DNA of 60,896 nt from a virus (Duplodnaviria > Caudoviricetes), in IMG/VR virus record IMGVR_UViG_3300022723_000068, positions 1 to 60,896 of that record. One strand, 5' to 3'. Below, piece after piece: positions 54,380-60,896 of this stretch. The translations under genes and the position numbers were made by a program. Numbering within the stretch: the stretch's first letter is position 1; each line of letters begins with the position of its first letter. The notes beneath the pieces were generated by a model. It made no database searches. It was not told where the DNA came from and worked only from the letters and a program-made list of their open reading frames with translations.

Positions 54380-54943
54380 CTATTTGATCTTTGCAACTCT
54401 CTGGCGAAAGATCGGAAAGAGATCTTCGGGCAGCTCCTCACCGGCCTCGGTCTTTTCCTTGACGAACTTGACCAGGGTCGGGTTAGCGATCGTCTCCGTG
54501 TCGTCCATCTCGAGATCGGGCATTGCCTCTAGGTTCAGATTCTTGAACCTGTCGGCAAGCTCCTCTTCGCCCATTGCAAACTGCGCGGACAGCTTGCGCT
54601 TGATAAGTTTCTCGTGCCCGTGTTCGCGAAGCCAGGCGAAAGCTGCCGCCCGCTTCGCCGTTGGGATCGAGCAGCGCACGTTCTCCTTGATGTCGATCAC
54701 GAGACCGGCCTTCGTCGTAAACTTCTCCAGCTCGATATCGTCCATGATCTCGGGGATCTCCTTCTCCTCGATCTCTCGCAACCGAGTCTGGGCCTTCGCC
54801 AATTGCGCAGCCAGCTTGGCGACCTCCTCAGTCGCCTCGTGCCAGTTTTCAGCCAGCACGTTAAGCATATCGAGCTTATCGCTCGGGGGCTGATCGTCGT
54901 CGCGATAGTCCGCGTAGGGGTCTTGCTCAGCAGTCATATTCAC
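54380..54943 (-). CDS. Conserved replication-module protein (coiled coil)
   Basis: EIPEIM..F....G and AFAWLRE.GH..LIK motifs typical of genes next to phage SSBs. Confidence 0.7.
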   Translation of the reverse strand: MNMTAEQDPYADYRDDDQPPSDKLDMLNVLAENWHEATEEVAKLAAQLAKAQTRLREIEEKEIPEIMDDIELEKFTTKAGLVIDIKENVRCSIPTAKRAAAFAWLREHGHEKLIKRKLSAQFAMGEEELADRFKNLNLEAMPDLEMDDTETIANPTLVKFVKEKTEAGEELPEDLFPIFRQRVAKIK

Positions 54944-55283
54944 TCTCCAGTTCTAGGTCCGCGCATATAGCGATGTACTCTCGTCTCTTCCCGGACCATT
55001 GAAGACACGAGACTCTGCCCTCCGCCATCTCGGAGGCGATGGCCACAGCCCATCCGATCAGGACAGGGTTGCCGATCAGCAGAAGATAATCTGATTCTGT
55101 AAACGATGCCAGCTTTTCTCTCATCTCCGGGACGATGTTCTCCGGCGCGAAGGGGTTGGCGGTAGGCCCGAGAACAAACTCGAGTTCTCCGAACTTCTCA
55201 GCGGGCGTCAGATCGAACCTGGGCACGAGCTCGTTGAGCTCCTTGTCCAGGCTGTGCTGGTTTTGTACTACGTAGACAGTCAT
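54927..55283 (-). CDS. Conserved hypothetical protein
   Basis: VYVVQ..A..FG..DYLLLIGNP..LQW. Confidence 0.7.
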   Translation of the reverse strand: MTVYVVQNQHSLDKELNELVPRFDLTPAEKFGELEFVLGPTANPFAPENIVPEMREKLASFTESDYLLLIGNPVLIGWAVAIASEMAEGRVSCLQWSGKRREYIAICADLELESEYDC

Positions 55284-56815
55284 ATCCAATCCCTCGTGTC
55301 GTCCCCCGTCACCTGCTCAGAGATCCGCATCTTGCGTCTCAAGTTGGCGATGATCGCCTTGTCGACCGGCCCTCCGATGAGATCGATGTACAGCGCGTCG
55401 TGCTTGAGCCCCGCCCTGTGCACGCGGTCCTCGGACTGCACACGGTCGACGTAGTTGAATGAATTGTTGTAGTAGTAGGAGGCCTCGGCCTCCGTGTAGG
55501 TGTGCCCCTTGGACATGGCCGCTTGGTTGGCGACGATCCACTGGACCTTGCGGTCGTTCTTGAAGCGGTGCTTGTTCTCCGCCTTTTGGTCGGACGAGAT
55601 CGTGCCGTCGTAGCGCACTGCGCTCTTACCGAGAGCTCGACAGATCAGATCGACGTCCATGATGAAGTTGGTCCATACAATCGCCTTGCCAGACTGCCGA
55701 GACGCCTCCTCCACCATGAGATCGAGCCTCGGGTTGGTCTTGCCCAGAAGAGAGACAGGTTCGCCGTCGTCTGTGGGGACATAGCCCGACAGGATCTGCC
55801 GGCATCTCAGCAATTGGACGATCGGCAAGGCCGCCGTCACGAGACCGCCGTCCTCTAAGAAGGTCATGCACTCCTCTTCGATCTCTTGATAGGCCTTCCG
55901 TTGCTGCGGGTTCATCTCGAAGTATCGCTTGCTGAAGAGCTTCGGCGGGAGATCGAGTACGTCTTTCTTGAGTACTCTCGAGCGATGCGGTTCGAGGATT
56001 TCACGAAGCTCGTCCAGCCTTCGAAAGCCAACCAGGTCGCCCAGATCCCAGGCCGGCCCCTCTTCAGACGTCTTCCCTCCCTTGCGCTTGCCAACTCGCC
56101 ACACACCGAAGTGCACCTTGAACTCGGTCAAAGTCCCGAAGCCGTTCTTCTTCCAGAACCCTGGATCTAGAAACTGCATCTGCTTATAGACGTCGAACGG
56201 CCCCGTCGCGATCGGCGTGCCGTTCAGTATTCTCGTGTACGCGGCGTAGACGCCCGAGGGCACGATCGACTTAGTGACGGTCGCCCCCGGTGACTTAATG
56301 GCGATCGACTCGTCGAGAACATAGAGGACGCGACGGAACTTGAGAATTCGCTTCATGTAGTTCTTGCCGCCCATCCACTTGTGCGTGCCAGAATTACGCC
56401 CCGTCTTCACCGGACCCGTCATGAACGCGTCGTAGGACATCGTCAGCCACAGAAGCTTGTCTGTGGCCTTGAGAGCCCGCATCGCGCGACGTTCGTGCTC
56501 GAGATTCTGGTGCTTGCTCGAGTCGTACATGAAGCGGATGGAGCTCTCTTGGATCGACTCCGGTATGTGGATCGGGATCTCGTCGTCGTTCCAGTTGCGA
56601 TGCACGCCGTTGGGCGCGACCACGACCACGCAGTCTATGAGCCCCCGACACCACAACCAGGCCGCCGTGTCGATGATGAGCTTCGTCTTCCCCGTGCCCT
56701 GCTCCCACCATACGGCGTATGCCGGGCGCTCACGGGTCTTCTCCCACACCTCCGCCTGGTGGGCGAAGGGCGGGAGTCTAAAGTCGAATTCGTCGGATGT
56801 GATTATCTGCGCCAT
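55280..56815 (-). CDS. SF2 (SNF2-like) helicase
   Basis: EQGTGKT, LDES, LNGTP and QSEDRVHR.G motifs. Confidence 0.9.
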   Translation of the reverse strand: MAQIITSDEFDFRLPPFAHQAEVWEKTRERPAYAVWWEQGTGKTKLIIDTAAWLWCRGLIDCVVVVAPNGVHRNWNDDEIPIHIPESIQESSIRFMYDSSKHQNLEHERRAMRALKATDKLLWLTMSYDAFMTGPVKTGRNSGTHKWMGGKNYMKRILKFRRVLYVLDESIAIKSPGATVTKSIVPSGVYAAYTRILNGTPIATGPFDVYKQMQFLDPGFWKKNGFGTLTEFKVHFGVWRVGKRKGGKTSEEGPAWDLGDLVGFRRLDELREILEPHRSRVLKKDVLDLPPKLFSKRYFEMNPQQRKAYQEIEEECMTFLEDGGLVTAALPIVQLLRCRQILSGYVPTDDGEPVSLLGKTNPRLDLMVEEASRQSGKAIVWTNFIMDVDLICRALGKSAVRYDGTISSDQKAENKHRFKNDRKVQWIVANQAAMSKGHTYTEAEASYYYNNSFNYVDRVQSEDRVHRAGLKHDALYIDLIGGPVDKAIIANLRRKMRISEQVTGDDTRDWI

Positions 56816-57372
56816 CCCTTCTCCGTCCAGTCCATCACGATCTTGAGCATCTCTTTCTTCGGGATCGCGAACTCGTAGGTGTCGTCGTATACCTCAACCA
56901 ACACAGCGGCCTCGTTCTCTGTAGCCGTAGCCGCATTCGCAGAGTGGGTTGATTCGACAGACGGCGCCACCGTCTCTTGAGCAGCGCGTGGCGGCAGTGA
57001 AGATCTCCTGCCTACTCTCTTCGGACTCTCCCGCTCGTGCTCGTCCGGTATCTTGATGATGAGACGCGAACCCTCGACCTGATAGACCGTGTTGGTCATG
57101 CGAAAGTGTTGCCCGATGCGGGTCACTCCCATAATAACGAGACCGCGACAGGCCAGGTTGATGCGGGACGTGCCCGGACTGCTGAAATGTCTGCTCCACG
57201 TCGTCATCTCTGTGGGTATCGTGTCGATGACGAGATGCGACTGGTCCTTTAGATGGCAATGAGCGATCGTCGCCGGGAACTTGACGCTTTTGGGGATTGT
57301 CAATCGCAGAGCGTCGTTCGACTGGTTGTAAGCTATGCGGATAAATTTTTCATAGTCTCTTTGATTACTCAT
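56803..57372 (-). CDS. Hypothetical protein, first gene of the replication operon
   Basis: RBS AAAGGAGA before ATG 57372. Confidence 0.65.
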   Translation of the reverse strand: MSNQRDYEKFIRIAYNQSNDALRLTIPKSVKFPATIAHCHLKDQSHLVIDTIPTEMTTWSRHFSSPGTSRINLACRGLVIMGVTRIGQHFRMTNTVYQVEGSRLIIKIPDEHERESPKRVGRRSSLPPRAAQETVAPSVESTHSANAATATENEAAVLVEVYDDTYEFAIPKKEMLKIVMDWTEKGWRR

Positions 57373-57416
57373 GTAGGTATCTCCTTTTCTATGCGCCGAC
57401 ACACGCCAGCAATGTG

Positions 57417-57455
57417 ATTATACCACAGTTTCTTCTTTTGTATATAACTTGTCAA
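57417..57455 (-). promoter_or_regulatory. Strong sigma70 promoter region for the replication operon
   Basis: Extended -10 TGTGGTATAAT; TATACA 16 bp upstream; TTGACA further upstream; AT-rich gap. Confidence 0.7.
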
Positions 57456-57574
57456 CGAGGTCGAAATATAGACAGAGCGTCGTTTCTATTCACGCAAGAG
57501 CACTGCATCTGACCGCCTCGCTCAACACAGTACACATCGCCTCGTCCTCGAGCTCCTCCAGGCTCGGGGCGCAG

Positions 57575-58147
57575 CTAGCTATGAAGACCGACGCGATGAT
57601 CCAGCCAGCCGAAGAGAAACTTCTCATCTTTCTCTCTCCTCTCTACGAGAGTGATATAGAACGCCCCCTGGAGACAGTCGAGCGCCTTGAACAGCACGAG
57701 CTCGCCTCGCTTGTTGCGAACTACGCCGTACTGCTCGAGAGCCCCCAACGTACGCCGGCCCATGATCCCGTCGACGACGAGATCGTCGTAGTCCCGACCT
57801 CTTCTGTTGAGACCGTTGAGCGACCGTTGGAGAAACCTGGCGGCTCGTTCGTGACCAACGTTGTAGGCGGTGTCGAACATCTCGGCGGCCACCAGAGGAA
57901 ATATCGCCTCGACGCCGTCGAGAAGCATCTTGTCCCAGAACTCTTCTTTGGCGATCTGCGTAGCCTTATTCTTCGGGAGTCTGCGCATCGAGCCCTCGTA
58001 GCCGTACTGCCTCGCCAGCTGCTCGGTCACACCGTATCTCGTCGCCCCGCCCGAGTCGTGGGGGTCGTCAACGTAGCCGCCCTCGATGTCCGCGACTCTC
58101 CACCAATTCTTCTCGAAACTCACTTGGCTCTCCAGGCGTTGTTCCAC
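57575..58147 (-). CDS. Endolysin, glycoside hydrolase family 108 with PG-binding domain
   Basis: EGGYVDDPHDSGGATRYGVT, FDTAYNVG, VDGIMG..T and GW motifs. Confidence 0.93.
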   Translation of the reverse strand: MEQRLESQVSFEKNWWRVADIEGGYVDDPHDSGGATRYGVTEQLARQYGYEGSMRRLPKNKATQIAKEEFWDKMLLDGVEAIFPLVAAEMFDTAYNVGHERAARFLQRSLNGLNRRGRDYDDLVVDGIMGRRTLGALEQYGVVRNKRGELVLFKALDCLQGAFYITLVERREKDEKFLFGWLDHRVGLHS

Positions 58148-59790
58148 ATGGTGACGATCGCGCGCTTACCGTTGGTGTACGTCAAGATGTGTGAGTGGGA
58201 ACTCGAACTCGGACCTCTCGCGTAGCTCGGATTCAGCACACACGTGCCGGCGGTGTAGACACCGTCGATGATGCCTGTCTTGTGGGTGTGGCCTGTATTC
58301 GCCTTGCGACCCATCTTGGCGAATGAGGCGGGGCTGCCTCTAGCACCGTCGATTCCGAGATGCCCGTGTATGTCGAACTTGATCCCCTTGAGCACGAGGT
58401 CCTCATCTTCTCTCAGCCACCTGATGTTGTCTCGACAACCGAGCTCCTTGGCCGCCCATTCTAGAATATAAAATCCGTCGTCCTGCTCGGCGATCGCCTC
58501 GTACTTACGCTTCTGCAGCGTCAGAAAGTAGAGAGCGTTGACGTGATCCTTGCGGTAGTCCGCCTCTCTCAGCCAACGCTCGAGAGCGTTGTCGTGATTC
58601 GAGTTGACGATAACAGTCGTGCAGAAGTTTCGGTAACTCTCTGCGTTCAAGAACGCCACCAGATTCTCGACCTCTTGTTGTACGCTCTCACGCCCCTGGA
58701 TGAAGAGCTCGAACATCTTGTGACAGTCTTTTCTGTCGTGGTGGTTGCGTCTTCCAAAGTTGAGCGCGTCGTGCATAAATTGATATCTAGGTCTCAACGT
58801 GTCTATCATGCCGCCCGGAGCCCAGGCGAGATCGCGGACTTCCTCGTCCATCTCGTCTTCATGGACGTCGCCCCAATTGATCGCTAGGCAGTAGTCCCCT
58901 TCTGCCACCTTGCCGCCCTTCGCTCTCACGTTAAGATCATAGATGGTCGATTGCCTGTCCGCGTTGAGCTGGCGAACCCACCAGCCACCCTTGTCGTCGA
59001 CTTCTACCAAGAGACCTCCGTAGCAGTGGTGCTCCTCCGCTTTCTGGCCAGCCTTGCGTTGGATATACGACATCTGCGTGACAGTACCTGTCGTATAGTT
59101 GAACTTCGTATCCTCGTTTTTACCCGATGCGATAGACTCGAGCGCGAGCTTGTTGTGCGGAGCGATCATGGAGCTTCGGCCAGTGTAGGTCTCGAGACCT
59201 GAGAGGGGTCGAACAGCTGTTGGCATGATATTAAGTTCGCCACAGAACAAGAGCCCTGGGGCGAGCTCGACGCGCTCGTCGCATACATAGTCTTCTATGG
59301 TGGGGTCGTACCAGAGCGGATCCGCGATGTTCTGACCGACGGCCGCCGCCTTCTTGGTGTTCTCGTCGTAGCCGGCGCGTCCACCTTTCACAGCTCCTGG
59401 CTTGGCTGGCTGTGTGGAGTAAGAGGAGATATTGTACGTGATCCTGGAGCACAGGATCTCGGCGTCGTAGAACTTGGCGAGCGCCTCGAGATTTTTCAGA
59501 ACCTTGTCGTGCACGAGCGTGTTGTTCTGCGCGCACGTAGCTATATAGCGCTTGACCTTTCCAGGTTTGGGGAGATCCTTGGCCACGGTCTTAATGTGGC
59601 CGGTCTTCGACCCCGCGGCGACCGGCTTCTTAACACCGGCCCTGTCGAGATGCTGATGAATACTCGCGCGACCTACATTGAGCTGTCTGGCGGCCTCGGC
59701 GATGTTGCCGCCGGCGACGTAGTAGGCCTCTACAGCCTCTTCAGTCGTTATCTTTTGATGTTTCGGTAACTTCTTCTTCGAGGTGGTCAT
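58120..59790 (-). CDS. HTH plus calcineurin-like metallophosphoesterase
   Basis: GNIAEAARQL HTH; GDVH, HD, SNHD, HGH and GHTH motifs. Confidence 0.8.
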   Translation of the reverse strand: MTTSKKKLPKHQKITTEEAVEAYYVAGGNIAEAARQLNVGRASIHQHLDRAGVKKPVAAGSKTGHIKTVAKDLPKPGKVKRYIATCAQNNTLVHDKVLKNLEALAKFYDAEILCSRITYNISSYSTQPAKPGAVKGGRAGYDENTKKAAAVGQNIADPLWYDPTIEDYVCDERVELAPGLLFCGELNIMPTAVRPLSGLETYTGRSSMIAPHNKLALESIASGKNEDTKFNYTTGTVTQMSYIQRKAGQKAEEHHCYGGLLVEVDDKGGWWVRQLNADRQSTIYDLNVRAKGGKVAEGDYCLAINWGDVHEDEMDEEVRDLAWAPGGMIDTLRPRYQFMHDALNFGRRNHHDRKDCHKMFELFIQGRESVQQEVENLVAFLNAESYRNFCTTVIVNSNHDNALERWLREADYRKDHVNALYFLTLQKRKYEAIAEQDDGFYILEWAAKELGCRDNIRWLREDEDLVLKGIKFDIHGHLGIDGARGSPASFAKMGRKANTGHTHKTGIIDGVYTAGTCVLNPSYARGPSSSSHSHILTYTNGKRAIVTMWNNAWRAK

Positions 59791-60025
59791 TCAGATCCTC
59801 CTCCAGGTCGTCGATCTTTTCGCGAAGTTGGGACGTCTTGGCGATGTGGTACACGCCGGCCGTGACTCCGGCGAATATCGCCACCAGCCCCGCGATTATC
59901 GAGATGACGGCGTCGATGTGCGTCAGAGCCACGGTCGCGGATACGCCTGACGTCGCCGCCAAGACGCCCGCGCCATGGTCCGAGATCTGCTCCAGCATGT
60001 GGAGCTTTAGCTTCGTGTCAGGCAC
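59741..60025 (-). CDS. Holin-like membrane protein
   Basis: Hydrophobic helices with a charged C-terminus; lysis context. Confidence 0.5.
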   Translation of the reverse strand: MPDTKLKLHMLEQISDHGAGVLAATSGVSATVALTHIDAVISIIAGLVAIFAGVTAGVYHIAKTSQLREKIDDLEEDLNDHLEEEVTETSKDND

Positions 60026-60029
60026 GCTG

Positions 60030-60467
60030 CTAGATTGTCTGCGCCGCTTCGACTACCCAGCGAGCAATCTTCTGCGTCGTGATCTTGAGATCCGCTGGAA
60101 TGAAGTCTTCGCATTCGTTCAGATTGGCTTCGTCGTCGCAGACCAGAGCCTTCAACTGATACTTGACCTCGATGAGAAGCGCCTCTACCAGTAGCGCGTC
60201 GGCCTCATCTAGCTTATCCCATCTGATCTCCGCTCTCACAAACGAGATCAGCGCCTCTACCGTACTCGGGGTGGAATTGTCGACGAACCTCAGAACCTCG
60301 CTCGCGACGTCTTCAACGCGGTCGGCTCTTGCAGGGTCCCCCTTGATCACCTTGAGCGTCGCGTACTTGGTTACAAGTTCGGCTTGCGATTCACGCTCCT
60401 CCACGAACGAGCACCCTGCGCACAGGGTGAGGGCCAGTAAGGCCGCCATAATTGTCTTACGCATCAT
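60030..60467 (-). CDS. Lipoprotein
   Basis: MMRKTIMAALLALTLCAGC signal peptide with lipobox. Confidence 0.7.
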   Translation of the reverse strand: MMRKTIMAALLALTLCAGCSFVEERESQAELVTKYATLKVIKGDPARADRVEDVASEVLRFVDNSTPSTVEALISFVRAEIRWDKLDEADALLVEALLIEVKYQLKALVCDDEANLNECEDFIPADLKITTQKIARWVVEAAQTI

Positions 60468-60837
60468 CGTCTCCTTGTGACTTCTTGGACTGGTAGCTGT
60501 AGGCTTTGGTGATCGATTCGGGCAGCTTCGCGTAGACGTAGGGTACAACGGCGTTGATCACCAGCGCCACCATGGCGGCCAGCACGAAGTTGGGGAGCTC
60601 GAACACAGCCTCGTTGATCGTCTGCCACGCCCAACGCGCCAGGACGAAGGTCGAGATCCCGATGAAGGTCGACAACAGCCAGATTACTGCGTCGCGGCGC
60701 TCGGTGGTCCAGGCGGTCGGCAGCAGAGCCTTCGTGCGGTCTGTGACTGTGATCTGCACAGCGACGGACACGGCCGAGGGGATGATCCACGACGCCTCGT
60801 TGAAGAAGTTGGCGATTATCTCAAGTGCTTCCTGCAT
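60457..60837 (-). CDS. Three-TM holin-like protein
   Basis: Three hydrophobic segments; first gene after the tail tip across the junction. Confidence 0.55.
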   Translation of the reverse strand: MQEALEIIANFFNEASWIIPSAVSVAVQITVTDRTKALLPTAWTTERRDAVIWLLSTFIGISTFVLARWAWQTINEAVFELPNFVLAAMVALVINAVVPYVYAKLPESITKAYSYQSKKSQGDDDA

Positions 60838-60896
60838 GGCTGCTTCCCTATGTGTTGGCCGTAAAGTCGGGCGATCTCCACTCCTGAGAATCTACG
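60771..60896. repeat. Terminal direct repeat, right copy
   Basis: Matches 1-126 with one mismatch. Confidence 0.95.

Noticed and set aside
53854-54893. Plus-strand ORFs over the tmRNA region
   Set aside because: They overlap the tmRNA and a real minus-strand gene, and the translations are not protein-like.
1-60896. Stop-codon recoding, introns/inteins or DGR
   Set aside because: Core genes are full length in the standard code. No intein, homing endonuclease or reverse transcriptase motifs were seen.

Overview
This is a complete, circularly assembled ~60.8 kb genome of a long-tailed dsDNA phage; bases 1-126 repeat at 60771-60896. Gene order and protein motifs resemble YuA/M6/phiJL001-like siphoviruses (inference from recognised motifs, no search run). 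Almost all genes are on the minus strand: tail (78-13.3 kb), head-tail and decoration block (13.3-20.3 kb), head and packaging (20.3-27.2 kb), a non-coding iteron-like array (27.4-27.7 kb), accessory/early genes with a family of TTTACA promoters (27.9-40.8 kb), replication and nucleotide modification (40.8-57.4 kb), and lysis (57.6-60.8 kb). No integrase was recognised. Two features stand out. (1) A complete circularly permuted (two-piece) tmRNA gene at ~54.0-54.37 kb with tag ANDDNFGFDEADLPLAA. (2) A candidate new cytosine-modification pathway: a thymidylate-synthase-family enzyme with the dCMP-specifying Asp instead of Asn, plus a C5-methyltransferase homologue that keeps its catalytic residues but has lost the SAM-binding motifs. 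Nearby or elsewhere in the genome are a sulfotransferase-like gene, dCMP deaminase, a UDG-like glycosylase and two dNTP pyrophosphatases. All function calls are from motif recognition by eye.
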